Assembly (NCBI GenBank): GCA_021828045.1
Contig: JAKATI010000003.1
Coordinates: forward strand, 1 to 60,265
Reading direction: 5' to 3'
Length of the DNA stretch: 60,265 nucleotides
DNA from: Pseudomonadota bacterium
GTDB lineage: Bacteria > Pseudomonadota > Gammaproteobacteria > JAKAQQ01
The first letter of the stretch is position 1, and each line of letters begins with the position of its first letter. Shown one piece after another: positions 31,504 through 40,488 of this stretch. Both the position numbers and the translations under genes were made by a program. The notes beneath the pieces are model-generated. The model ran no database searches. It worked only from the letters and a program-made list of their open reading frames with translations, and was not told where the DNA came from.

Positions 31504-33252
31504 CTAGTGGACGCCCCAGCCCCGACGAAACTGGCCTTGGCGCCCGAAAGCGCGGGCTTCGCGTCGGGCATAGTGTGACCAAGCCGTTCGATTGCCCACA
31601 ACGATCGGGCGCAGGAGGATGACCAGTTCTGTTTTTACCGTTTGCTGCAAACGCTGCTTGAAAAGGTTACCGAGAAGGGGAATCTGGCCGAGGATGGGAG
31701 TTTCGTAGTTTTCGTTCTGGATTTCATTTTTCATGAGGCCACCGATGACGATCACCTGGCCCGAGTGGGCTCGTACGACCGTATCGGATTCCCGAACCTG
31801 ACTGAAAGCCAGTGGCAGGGTGCTCGACTGGCCGGAGACTGTAAACGAGGTGATCTGGGAGGTGACCTTGCTCACGGTGGGGTGGATTTCAAGGATGACT
31901 GTGCCCCGGGAGGTGATTTCGGGTGTGACATCGAGTGAGATGCCCGAAAAAAACGGGGTCAGGTTGACGTTGTTGGCGGAACTCACGGCGGTTCCCACGA
32001 AGGTGTTGCTGTTCACTCCTGTGACAAAATACTGGTCGTTGCCGACCTTGATGACCGCCTGCTGGTTGTTGAGGGTGGCAACCCGCGGGCTTGAGAGGAC
32101 ATGGACTTGTCCTTGTTGCTGCAGCAATTCGATGAAACCGGTGAAGTCGCCCAGGTTGAGAGCCAAGGCGAAAGTCCCACCGAAGGCGGTGGTTGGGAAG
32201 CTCGAGAGGGGAGCCGTGTTGGGTGCCAGGGTCAGCGACTGGCCGGCCAGTGTGGAAGTGCCCTGGTTGAACAGGTTTTGCCCACCGATCTGTCCGCCCA
32301 GGATGGAATTCCCCGTCCCGGGCTGGCCAAGGGCGGCCCAGTTGATTCCGCTCTGGAAACCCTTGTTGAGAGTGACTTCGAGGATCTTGGCCTCAATCAC
32401 CACTTCCCGGTCCAGGCTGCCCTGGATCTGGTGGAGATAATCCGCGGTCAGATGGATTTCCGCGGGTGTGCCACGGACCAGAACGACTCCGGAGGTCGGG
32501 CTTACAATCACCTCATGACCGGGCGTTTGGGAGACGATGGACGAAAGGGCTTTCTGGATGTGTTTCCAGAACGCGGACTTGAATTTGGTCTCGATGCTGG
32601 TGCTGGCCTGTTGTCCGGACGGTAGATAAAGCTGCTCGTTCTGATTGTTCGCCATGTTTCCGTACATCCCTTCCCCGTACATGCCGCCATAGGCACCATA
32701 GCCCCCGTACCCATTGTTCTGGGGCACATTGGTCGTTTCCCCGGAGGTAATGAGTGTGCGGGTGACCCCCTTGCGGCTCACGTCCAGGTAGTTGACGTGA
32801 AAGATCCGTGTAACCAGTCCTTTCGGCAGGACGAGGTAACCGCTCGGGATGCGGTGATAGCGGAAGCCATACGTTGCCCGCACGATGGCGAACACTTCGG
32901 GGACTGTCACCCGCTTGAGCTCAAGGGTGATCCGTCCGGTCACCTTGGGTGCTACGACGACGTTGTAGGGGGTTCCCTTCACGAGTCCCAGGAAGAAGGC
33001 CCGTGCCGGTTCGTCGTGGACCGAAAGGTTGAAGCGTTCCTCGGTAACTCGTCCGACACCGGTCTTGACGGGCGGCAGGAAAGTCGCAGTCAGGCTGGTG
33101 GGAGGGGGCGCCGGATGGGACGGGATCACCGGGGTCACCCGGCCGGCTTGTCGCAGCAGGGATGCCGGGCTCGAATGGGGGCGGGTTGTAGCGCAACCGG
33201 TCAGGAAAGCTGCGCAGGCGAGGGCCGACAGCAGGCGGGAATGTCGATTCAT
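31504..33252 (-). CDS. mshL: Secretin (GspD/PilQ family) lipoprotein, MshL
   Basis: 582 aa with a lipobox (AAFLTGC) and a C-terminal secretin domain (VLSSPRVATLNNQQAVIKVG...IPLLGNLFK...ELVILLRP). Confidence 0.9.
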   Translation of the reverse strand: MNRHSRLLSALACAAFLTGCATTRPHSSPASLLRQAGRVTPVIPSHPAPPPTSLTATFLPPVKTGVGRVTEERFNLSVHDEPARAFFLGLVKGTPYNVVVAPKVTGRITLELKRVTVPEVFAIVRATYGFRYHRIPSGYLVLPKGLVTRIFHVNYLDVSRKGVTRTLITSGETTNVPQNNGYGGYGAYGGMYGEGMYGNMANNQNEQLYLPSGQQASTSIETKFKSAFWKHIQKALSSIVSQTPGHEVIVSPTSGVVLVRGTPAEIHLTADYLHQIQGSLDREVVIEAKILEVTLNKGFQSGINWAALGQPGTGNSILGGQIGGQNLFNQGTSTLAGQSLTLAPNTAPLSSFPTTAFGGTFALALNLGDFTGFIELLQQQGQVHVLSSPRVATLNNQQAVIKVGNDQYFVTGVNSNTFVGTAVSSANNVNLTPFFSGISLDVTPEITSRGTVILEIHPTVSKVTSQITSFTVSGQSSTLPLAFSQVRESDTVVRAHSGQVIVIGGLMKNEIQNENYETPILGQIPLLGNLFKQRLQQTVKTELVILLRPIVVGNRTAWSHYARREARAFGRQGQFRRGWGVH

Positions 33253-33620
33253 CGCGGTGATCTCGAGGAAGAGCGGAGAAGGGCAGGGTAGAGGGCAAGG
33301 ATCAGGATGCCTCCGGTACCGAGGCGGAGAATAACCCGACTGGGCTCGATCCGGAGAACGATTGCATCACCGAGGTGGTCCCCGGGCTCAAGCCTCTGGC
33401 CATTGATTGTGGCAATCCTCCGGTCCGGTGCGATCAGGATAGAGGTTAGCCGGTAGGGGACGGAGGTTTTTCGTCTGGAGGCCACGGTGAAGAAAGGAGG
33501 ACGCATCGGATCGGGGATCCGACTGGCGCTGGCGGGTGGCGCAGCCAAGATTTCCGGAGTGCCGACCAGGAACAGAAGCGTGAAGAAGAGAAGCTTACGA
33601 GCGGAGGAGTGCACGATCAA
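33249..33620 (-). CDS. mshK: MshK-like pilus biogenesis protein
   Basis: 123 aa with a signal peptide and a C-terminal block IATINGQRLEPGDHLGDAIVLRIEPSRVIL typical of MshK/PilP-like proteins. The position is immediately upstream of mshL. Confidence 0.5.
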   Translation of the reverse strand: MIVHSSARKLLFFTLLFLVGTPEILAAPPASASRIPDPMRPPFFTVASRRKTSVPYRLTSILIAPDRRIATINGQRLEPGDHLGDAIVLRIEPSRVILRLGTGGILILALYPALLRSSSRSPR

Positions 33621-34251
33621 GGCTCAGTGTGTGGACAACGAGGGTCGCCCGGTTTTCGGGATAGTGGGTCGCCTTGAGATTGAAGCGATCCCAGTAGAAA
33701 TGCCATGACAATCGGTTGAGCGCGCGGAGATAGCCCAAGGTCTCGCGAAAATTCCCTGCGAAGACCAGTTCAAGCGGATGACTGAACAAATTCACACCAT
33801 TCGCCTGGGCCCGAGGATCATTGAGCAGTGCACGGGGGGGGAGATTTTCCGCACGGATGAGGACAAGTCCCCGTTGTCTGGCCAGAATGGCCTCAAGCAG
33901 CCGGCTCATCGCCCGGGGGCTGACCAGACCTACCGTCCTGGCATGTAGGTCCCGGTCCACGGCGCGTATTCTGATCAAGGTTTCCGTGATCTTTTGGCGG
34001 ATGGCTTGGTTGGGATGAAGGACCGCCGTCACGGCCAACCGTCTTGCTGCCTGGCCCAAGGCATGGATTCGATTGGCCGTGACAGCGGTCCGGTGCCGTT
34101 CGTGGCTCATGGCGAGGCTTACCGGCGTGAGCAGGATCACTTGGCCCAAGTAATACAGGATGGCGGCACCGGTGAGGAGTACGAGCACACGCTCCCGGAG
34201 ACTCAACTGGTCGATCCGGTGCGCGAGTTTTCTTGCAGTTTCGCGGATCAC
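33595..34251 (-). CDS. mshJ: MshJ-like (PilO-like) pilus biogenesis protein
   Basis: 218 aa with an N-terminal coiled region followed by a single TM segment (RERVLVLLTGAAILYYL). The assignment is positional. Confidence 0.55.
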   Translation of the reverse strand: MIRETARKLAHRIDQLSLRERVLVLLTGAAILYYLGQVILLTPVSLAMSHERHRTAVTANRIHALGQAARRLAVTAVLHPNQAIRQKITETLIRIRAVDRDLHARTVGLVSPRAMSRLLEAILARQRGLVLIRAENLPPRALLNDPRAQANGVNLFSHPLELVFAGNFRETLGYLRALNRLSWHFYWDRFNLKATHYPENRATLVVHTLSLDRALLRS

Positions 34252-34859
34252 GGCGATTTTCGCTTCCCAACGGTCTGGGTGGTGGAGGCGCGGAAATCAA
34301 GGTAAGGCGCGTCGTGCGAGGCTCTCCGGATCTGGAGGCTTTCGAAGCTGAGGGTGAGATGGGTCTTCAGCAGTCGGGCAAAGTAGCGAGGGACCAAGGT
34401 CGCGGCAAGCGCGTGGCCTTGGAGGGTCAGAGACTGTCCCCCCTCGCGAATGTCGATCCCGTCAAACCAGAGCCCCGGCGGGACAGCCTTGGACAGAGTG
34501 ATGAGCTCTCCAGAAAATCCCCTGAGGTTGCCGTATCGGGGCTCCTTGAGCAGGGTCAAGGCGGTCTCCTTTTCCCTGAGCAGGACCTTCAGGTGGTCGA
34601 GACGGCCTACCAGAAGGGGGCTCTTCCGGTGCAAATGGGCAATCTCGGTGAGGGTCGCAAGGTGACGGGTCAGTGCGACCTCTTCTCTGCGTAACCGCGA
34701 TAAGTTGGATTGGGCGGAAACGAGGAGGATTTGTTCATAGCCATAAACGAGCAGGATGCCGGTGACGAGCATGAGAAGGATCTTGCCGATAGACCGTCCT
34801 CCGAGCGGGACCTGCTGCTTGTGGAACAGGGGCTGGTAAAGATTGATTTCCTGTGCCAT
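34248..34859 (-). CDS. PilN-like fimbrial assembly protein (C-terminal half of Vibrio MshI)
   Basis: 203 aa from the ATG at 34859; the tracked start at 35294 is out-of-frame read-through of mshI. The sequence MAQEINLYQPLF plus a TM segment is the typical PilN/MshI signature. Confidence 0.55.
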   Translation of the reverse strand: MAQEINLYQPLFHKQQVPLGGRSIGKILLMLVTGILLVYGYEQILLVSAQSNLSRLRREEVALTRHLATLTEIAHLHRKSPLLVGRLDHLKVLLREKETALTLLKEPRYGNLRGFSGELITLSKAVPPGLWFDGIDIREGGQSLTLQGHALAATLVPRYFARLLKTHLTLSFESLQIRRASHDAPYLDFRASTTQTVGKRKSP

Positions 34860-34861
34860 CT

Positions 34862-35785
34862 TCAGGACTCCGGGTCGAGTCTCAGAGCGGCGCCGATCGC
34901 AAGAAGGCCACGGGCCTGTTCTTCGATTGCCAAAGGACGGGCACAATCGAGGTATTGGTTGAGATCGCAGTGCCGGACAGCGAGACCGGTATATTCCTTG
35001 AGTGATTCTGACAGATTGCCGGGGGGGGCCAGGGTAGGCAGGATCAGAACGGTCTGGGCCAGGGCAAGGTGGAAATGGCGGTCGCAGTAATCCATCGAAC
35101 GCTGGATTTCGAGTGCCAGCTGTTCCGCAGTGGCAGGAACCAGTTGGAGGGTCTCTACCCCAAAATCGAGGCGGCGGGCCAGATAGAGGGTATGCTGGCG
35201 GGTGACCACCACCAACCCTCTTTGGGTCTCGAGGTGTAGGGTGACCAATCCCTGCTGGTCTTCCGGAGCCAGTGCCGATAGATTCCGGATACACATCTCG
35301 GGGATGTCGATGACTGTGAGGATTGCGCCCGTTTCGGCGACGCTGTCGACTAGGCTGCGGATGGCCTCGGCCCGAGCAGCGATGCAGTACAGGCTGGCCC
35401 GTCCTCCTGCAGCTTGGCTATCGGCTGGCAGCTCAAAAAGGTCGATCAGGGCGTCATCGACATGGAAGTCGATCAGGTCTTTGATCTTCCAGCGAAGGGC
35501 GCTGCGCAACTCCTGGGGCGGGACATCCGGCGCGTCGACCAAGAGGATCTTGTAAGCCTCCCAAGGGGTCACCAGGGAAAGGCGCTCCCGAGCATGGATA
35601 CCCGCCTGGATGAGATGGGAAAAGTTGCGGGTGGCTGCTCCATCGGCCGGGATCTCGCGGTAGTGTTCGAGACGGGGGCGTGATCCGCGGGTACGGTTGA
35701 TTCGGGCCAGAACCAGGGTTTCGCCGAAAGGCACGACCCCCGTCAGGCTTGAAAGAGTGGGGGAGGTTTTACGAAGGTTCCACAT
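34862..35785 (-). CDS. mshI: PilM-like (actin-like ATPase fold) pilus assembly protein, MshI
   Basis: 307 aa and the first gene of the assembly operon. PilM-like architecture. Its stop lies 2 nt before the PilN-like gene. Confidence 0.65.
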   Translation of the reverse strand: MWNLRKTSPTLSSLTGVVPFGETLVLARINRTRGSRPRLEHYREIPADGAATRNFSHLIQAGIHARERLSLVTPWEAYKILLVDAPDVPPQELRSALRWKIKDLIDFHVDDALIDLFELPADSQAAGGRASLYCIAARAEAIRSLVDSVAETGAILTVIDIPEMCIRNLSALAPEDQQGLVTLHLETQRGLVVVTRQHTLYLARRLDFGVETLQLVPATAEQLALEIQRSMDYCDRHFHLALAQTVLILPTLAPPGNLSESLKEYTGLAVRHCDLNQYLDCARPLAIEEQARGLLAIGAALRLDPES

Positions 35786-35901
35786 GGTGTTCGGATTTGC
35801 TTGGGTTTCCCTGTAGTTTTCGGATTGGGCCCATGATCCAGCCCCCAGCTTGTCACAGCTTAAGAGAACCCGGAGAGATTGTAAACATTCAAGGACCGAT
35901 T

Positions 35902-35910
35902 GGGGGGGGG
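35902..35910. repeat. G9 homopolymer in the pyrD-mshI intergenic region
   Basis: Read directly from the sequence: t-ggggggggg-c at 35901-35911 (C9 on the msh coding strand), about 120 nt upstream of the mshI start. Confidence 0.9.
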
Positions 35911-35918
35911 CGGTTCCA

Positions 35919-35937
35919 GCCCGGGTATAGCCCGGGC
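35919..35937 (-). terminator. GC hairpin after pyrD
   Basis: GCCCGGG-tatag-CCCGGGC forms a perfect 7-bp stem 25 nt downstream of the pyrD stop. There is no U tract. Confidence 0.3.
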
Positions 35938-35961
35938 ACGATTTGTGGGATCCATGGGCTG

Positions 35962-36900
35962 TCAGCTTCGCTTGAGTGATCCGATGAGCCCAGGGAGTGG
36001 GATGTGGATTTCGTCGAGGTATGCGAGCAGCCCGTCAGAGATCTCGTTTGTCAGGAGCGGATTGTAGAACAGGCCGGTACCGAGGCCGACCAGGGAGGCT
36101 CCTGCGATCAGGAAATCGATTGCATCTTCGGTGGTGGTAATGCCGCCTTGACCGATGATGGGAATGCCCAGGGGACCCGCGATTTCAGCCACTTCGGCGA
36201 CCTTGAGCAGCGCAATGGGCTTGATCGCAGGGCCGGACAGCCCCCCTTGGCCGTAGCTCGGAAGCGGGGTGCGATGGACGCGATCGATAGCAAGGCCCGT
36301 TACGGTATTGATCACAGCCAGTGCGTCCGCACCGGCCTCGATGCAGCGACGCGCATTGGTTCGGATATCGGTTTGGTTGGGGGAAAGTTTGGCGATCAGT
36401 GGTTTGTGCGTCATGGATCGGCAGGCTGCGATGACCCGTGCCGACATGTCGGGGTCGTTACCGAACTGGACCCCGCCTTCTTTCACGTTCGGGCACGAGA
36501 TATTGATCTCGAGAGCGTCGATCGGGGAATCATCGAAGCGGCGGGAAACCTCAGCATATTCCTCGATTGTTGAGCCGGACACGTTGGCGATGTAGCGGGT
36601 CTCCGAAAAATCAAGATGGGGTAAAATCGTCCGGACGACCGCATCGACCCCCGGATTTTGAAGCCCGATTGCATTGAGGTAGCCGGAAGTGGTTTCCCAT
36701 AGGCGATGTGGAGGGTTGCCGAGACGCGGCAGGAGGGTTGTCCCCTTGAGGAAGACTGCTCCCACCCGGGCCAGGGAAAAGCCCTCGATCCGGGTATATT
36801 CCTCGCCGAATCCCACACATCCGGAAAGCAGGACGATCGGACTATTCAGCAGGAGCCCGCAGAAGGTACACTGAAGCGGAGAGGCCGATTCATTCAGCAT
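35962..36900 (-). CDS. pyrD: Dihydroorotate dehydrogenase, class 1 (1B-type catalytic subunit)
   Basis: 312 aa from the ATG at 36900, which overlaps the gpsA stop by 11 nt. Has the class 1 active-site block LEINISCPNVKEGGVQFG and the FMN-binding GGITTTEDAIDFLIAGAS. No pyrK-like partner is adjacent. Confidence 0.85.
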   Translation of the reverse strand: MLNESASPLQCTFCGLLLNSPIVLLSGCVGFGEEYTRIEGFSLARVGAVFLKGTTLLPRLGNPPHRLWETTSGYLNAIGLQNPGVDAVVRTILPHLDFSETRYIANVSGSTIEEYAEVSRRFDDSPIDALEINISCPNVKEGGVQFGNDPDMSARVIAACRSMTHKPLIAKLSPNQTDIRTNARRCIEAGADALAVINTVTGLAIDRVHRTPLPSYGQGGLSGPAIKPIALLKVAEVAEIAGPLGIPIIGQGGITTTEDAIDFLIAGASLVGLGTGLFYNPLLTNEISDGLLAYLDEIHIPLPGLIGSLKRS

Positions 36901-37921
36901 GCACGGCTCCCCGTACCGGGAACTCGTCCGTCCGGTCCCGCTCGAGCAGCCCGGCCAGTGTCCGCAACGGATCTGCACCCTGGTACAACACGGAATGAAG
37001 GGCTTGGGTGATGGGCATGGACACCCCGCTCCTCACACGCCTCTGCTCAAGGGCGGCAAGTGTCCGGACACCCTCGGTCACCTGTCCAATTTTCCGGTGG
37101 GCCTCCTCGACCGAATAACCTTTTGCGAGGAGGCGGCCCAGGCGCCGGTTGCGGGACTGGTCGTCCGTGGCCGTGAGAAAGAGATCGCCCACGCCGGAAA
37201 GCCCCATAAAGGTTTCGGCTTTCGCTCCCAGCCATGTTCCGAGGCGCATGAGCTCGGCCAAGCCGCGGGTCACGAGGGCCGAGCGGGCGTTGGCCCCCAT
37301 GCCGAGCCCGTCCGAGAGTCCTGCCCCGATTGAGATTACGTTTTTCCCGGCGCCCCCGAGAGCCACTCCGATGAGATCGCTCCCGAGGTAGATCCGGAAA
37401 ACCGGGTGATGCAGCATCGTGGCAAAGAAATGGCCGGTGGCCGTCTCTTCGGAAGCCAGAGTCACTGCAGTCGGCAGCTCACGAATGACTTCACCTGCAA
37501 AACTGGGCCCGGAAAGCAGGGCCAGTGGCTGGTGAGGCAAGCACTCGCGTCCCACTTCGTGCGGCAGGAGTGTCGTCTCCTGTTCCATGCCCTTGGTTGC
37601 GATGAGGAGTGGACAGGCCGGGTGGAGCCCCGCCAAGACGGCTTGCCCTAGGACGTTGCGCAAGGCCTCACTGGGGACGGCCACGATGAGGCCCCGGATC
37701 CCGGTGACCGCCGAAGGGAGATCGGCAGTCAGGATCAGGGTCTCGGGCAAGGTTCCTTCGGGCAGGTAACGAGTATTGCACCGACTAGCAGCCATGACCG
37801 AGATTGCCTCCCGATCACGCCCCCAGAGGCTCACCTGGTGGCCATTCCGGCCGAGGCGTACTGCCAGTGCGGTTCCCCAAGATCCAGCACCGAGAACCGC
37901 CAGGCGGGATTTTGGGTTCAC
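36890..37921 (-). CDS. gpsA: NAD(P)H-dependent glycerol-3-phosphate dehydrogenase
   Basis: The GTG at 37921 lies 7 nt after the secB stop and gives VNPKSRLAVLGAGSWGTALA (Rossmann GxGxxG), for 343 aa. The tracked ATG at 37984 would overlap secB by 56 nt. Confidence 0.93.
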   Translation of the reverse strand: MNPKSRLAVLGAGSWGTALAVRLGRNGHQVSLWGRDREAISVMAASRCNTRYLPEGTLPETLILTADLPSAVTGIRGLIVAVPSEALRNVLGQAVLAGLHPACPLLIATKGMEQETTLLPHEVGRECLPHQPLALLSGPSFAGEVIRELPTAVTLASEETATGHFFATMLHHPVFRIYLGSDLIGVALGGAGKNVISIGAGLSDGLGMGANARSALVTRGLAELMRLGTWLGAKAETFMGLSGVGDLFLTATDDQSRNRRLGRLLAKGYSVEEAHRKIGQVTEGVRTLAALEQRRVRSGVSMPITQALHSVLYQGADPLRTLAGLLERDRTDEFPVRGAVHAE

Positions 37922-37928
37922 GCAGGTG

Positions 37929-38414
37929 TTAGCTGGCGGGGCCGCTGTTGCTGGGGGTGGTTTGGTGTTGCTGATAGAGCGCATCGAAGTCCATGGGCTG
38001 GAGAATCACCGGCGGGAAACCGCCCCGGCTGACGAGGCTGCCCAACAGTTCGCGCGCATACGGATACAGCAGGGATGGCGCGTGGGCGCCCAGAAGGGGT
38101 CCTTTTTCCGTTTCACTGAAACCCCGGGAACGAAACACCCCGGCCTGGTGAATTTCCGCGAGAAAGACCACACGTTCTTGCCAGCGAGCTTCCAAGGTGA
38201 TCGAAAGAACCACTTCATTGAGATCTGGATTGTCCCGGATGCCGTTCACAAGGGTCTGGAGGGTGATCTTGAGTTCGGGAGCGAGGTTGGGAGTGCCCAG
38301 GATCGCTGGTGATGCCGGCGATTCAAACGAGCAATCTTTAAGGTAGATTGCCTCGATTGTGAAAGATCGCCCGGCTGGACTCTGGGTTTCGGGGAGGATG
38401 ATGGGATCGGTCAT
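37929..38414 (-). CDS. secB: Protein-export chaperone SecB
   Basis: 161 aa containing FTIEAIYLKDCSFESP and FLAEIHQAGVF, and sitting in the conserved grxC-secB-gpsA order. Confidence 0.93.
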   Translation of the reverse strand: MTDPIILPETQSPAGRSFTIEAIYLKDCSFESPASPAILGTPNLAPELKITLQTLVNGIRDNPDLNEVVLSITLEARWQERVVFLAEIHQAGVFRSRGFSETEKGPLLGAHAPSLLYPYARELLGSLVSRGGFPPVILQPMDFDALYQQHQTTPSNSGPAS

Positions 38415-38698
38415 TTCGGGGTCTGCTCCGGTTGGCTGGGATGGGGAGCGCCAGCCAGTTCGAAGAGCTTGCCGGACCGTTCAATGGCGCTCAGTTCCTC
38501 ATATCCTCCGATCGGGCGGGTTCCGAAGAAGATCTGGGGGACGGTCCGCTGGCCAGTCATTTCAACCAAGCGGGATCGCATTTCCGGATCTGCCGAAACG
38601 TCGATTTCCCGATAGGGCAGCTGGTGTCGGTCGAAGAGTGCCTTCGCCATCCGGCAGTAACCGCACTGGGGAGTTGTATAAAGGAGGATCTCATTCAT
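38411..38698 (-). CDS. grxC: Glutaredoxin 3
   Basis: 95 aa from the ATG at 38698, which overlaps the rhodanese stop (ATGA). Has the active site CGYC plus TVPQIF and GGYEEL. Confidence 0.9.
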   Translation of the reverse strand: MNEILLYTTPQCGYCRMAKALFDRHQLPYREIDVSADPEMRSRLVEMTGQRTVPQIFFGTRPIGGYEELSAIERSGKLFELAGAPHPSQPEQTPK

Positions 38699-39150
38699 CC
38701 GTTCTTGCCCTCTCGTCCCCGGATGACCGGGAAATGGTCCCTTTGCCATTGTGCCAGACCATTCTTAAGGATGGCCAGAGGAACTGCAGCTTGGCCGGCA
38801 AGCTGCTTGGCCACTTTTGTGGATCGTTCGCCATTTTGGCAACACAGGATGACGAGACTGGATTTGCCGGCCAATTCCTGGACACGGGAAGAAGCGTCTT
38901 TTTCGTCAGTCCGGATGGCATTTGCAATGTGCCCGGTTTCAAAGGACTGTCGGTCTCGCAGGTCGAGGATGGATGCCCCGCGGTTCGCGGACAGGGCCAC
39001 GCCTTGGGAGTCGAGTTCCTGGTATCGCCGGCGTTTCTTTTCAATTGTGTCGGCAACGAGGAGGGCCAAGATGATCAGGAAGGCCCCGACCAGGAGGTAA
39101 TGGTGATGCGTAAAAGTAGTGAAATGCCGGATCAGGAGGGGAATGGACAC
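38695..39150 (-). CDS. Membrane-anchored rhodanese-domain protein (YibN-like)
   Basis: 151 aa with an N-terminal TM segment, a rhodanese fold with active-site loop CCQNGERS, and the conserved yibN-grxC-secB-gpsA context. Confidence 0.8.
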   Translation of the reverse strand: MSIPLLIRHFTTFTHHHYLLVGAFLIILALLVADTIEKKRRRYQELDSQGVALSANRGASILDLRDRQSFETGHIANAIRTDEKDASSRVQELAGKSSLVILCCQNGERSTKVAKQLAGQAAVPLAILKNGLAQWQRDHFPVIRGREGKNG

Positions 39151-39199
39151 GCCCGTCTGCCGATGGGAGATTTATGAGCGAAAATTATAGCCTATTCGT

Positions 39200-40411
39200 G
39201 TGCGGAGGCCAGATTTGAGACCCCCTCGGTTCCCTGCCCTTCCGGGAAGGGCACTTGTCCACGAATGGTGGATTCCATCCAGCTTTGTCCTGCTCTCCAG
39301 TGTGGCGGCAGTGGCATGGGCCGGGGGACGACCGCCCCTCTCGCCATCGACCCGCTTGGTCCAGCTCCAGCATGAAATGCGGAACATATCCCAAGCCCTG
39401 GCCCGTTCGAAAGCCCGGGCAGCACGAGCCCGCCTTGCCTTGCGTCATACCGTGCAGCGGATCCGGGAGAATCGGGTCAGACTCGCGGGGATCAGTCGGC
39501 GGATTGCTGAGGAAGACAAGCGAAAAGTGCTTCTGGATCGACGTGAGCAGATCTTGCAGGTCCGGTTGCGCGAGAGTCATAAGCAACTGCTCCATCTCAT
39601 GCAGGTTCGCTTTATGCTCGGATCGAGGCAGCGGTTACGGTTTTTGCTGGAAAGCGGGTCGGTCGACCGGCTCGATCGGCTGTTGGGGGAATGGAGATGG
39701 CTCGATCAGGCGGCTACGGTCAGTCTCAAGCAGGCCGAGCGTCTCGAGCAGCAGCTGACCCGCTCACGCTTGTCCGTCTCCCGGCTGCTGGACCTCCTGC
39801 ATGACAGCCGTGCGGCGCAAGGTCGGTCGATGGTCATTCTCGGGGCGGATCGGGCCCGTCGCGCCGCACTTCTCTATGCCCTCTCGAACCGGGTGGGTGT
39901 AGGCGAACTCCGCCTGCATGCAGTTCGGCGCCACTATCGCGAACTGTCCACTTTGCTCGCGCGGTTGCCCCCCCGCGCGGCACTCCCACAGGTCGGATCC
40001 GGTGCGCTCGAGCGAATTCCTTTTGAACATCTGCGCGGTCGTCTCCCGTGGCCGGTTCGCGGAACGATCGTCCGTGGTTTCGGTTCCGTCGAGGCGGGTG
40101 GCCTGCTTCTGAGCCACGGCCTCTGGATTGCCACACGGCCAGACGCTCCAGTCAGGGCAGTTGCTCATGGACAGGTAGTTTTTTCGGGCTGGTTGCCGCA
40201 CTTCGGCCTGCTGCTCATTGTTGCCCAAGGGCAGGGTTACTACACGGTTTATGCGCGCAATGTCCTGTTGTACGAGCAGGTGGGGGATTGGGTCAATGCC
40301 GGGGACCTCCTCGGTCGTCTGGGCCCCGGTCATGCTGCCGAGCTGTATTTCCAGATTCGTCGGGGGGCCCAACCCATTGATCCGGCTCCTTGGTTGACCG
40401 CGGGCGGATAA
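39200..40411 (+). CDS. envC: Murein hydrolase activator EnvC-like protein (coiled coil + LytM/M23 domain)
   Basis: 403 aa with a GTG start whose exact position is uncertain. A long coiled-coil region is followed by a C-terminal M23 fold (GLWIATRPDAPVRAVAHGQVVFSGWLPHFGLLLIVAQG...YFQIRRG). It is divergent from the rhodanese cluster, as in E. coli. Confidence 0.8.
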   Translation: MRRPDLRPPRFPALPGRALVHEWWIPSSFVLLSSVAAVAWAGGRPPLSPSTRLVQLQHEMRNISQALARSKARAARARLALRHTVQRIRENRVRLAGISRRIAEEDKRKVLLDRREQILQVRLRESHKQLLHLMQVRFMLGSRQRLRFLLESGSVDRLDRLLGEWRWLDQAATVSLKQAERLEQQLTRSRLSVSRLLDLLHDSRAAQGRSMVILGADRARRAALLYALSNRVGVGELRLHAVRRHYRELSTLLARLPPRAALPQVGSGALERIPFEHLRGRLPWPVRGTIVRGFGSVEAGGLLLSHGLWIATRPDAPVRAVAHGQVVFSGWLPHFGLLLIVAQGQGYYTVYARNVLLYEQVGDWVNAGDLLGRLGPGHAAELYFQIRRGAQPIDPAPWLTAGG

Positions 40412-40488
40412 CTCCAAGCTTCTCTTCTTTGTGCGGAGAATCGCACCCGGATCCCTGGTGATTCGTATCGGAGGCGTGTCTGGGGAAC

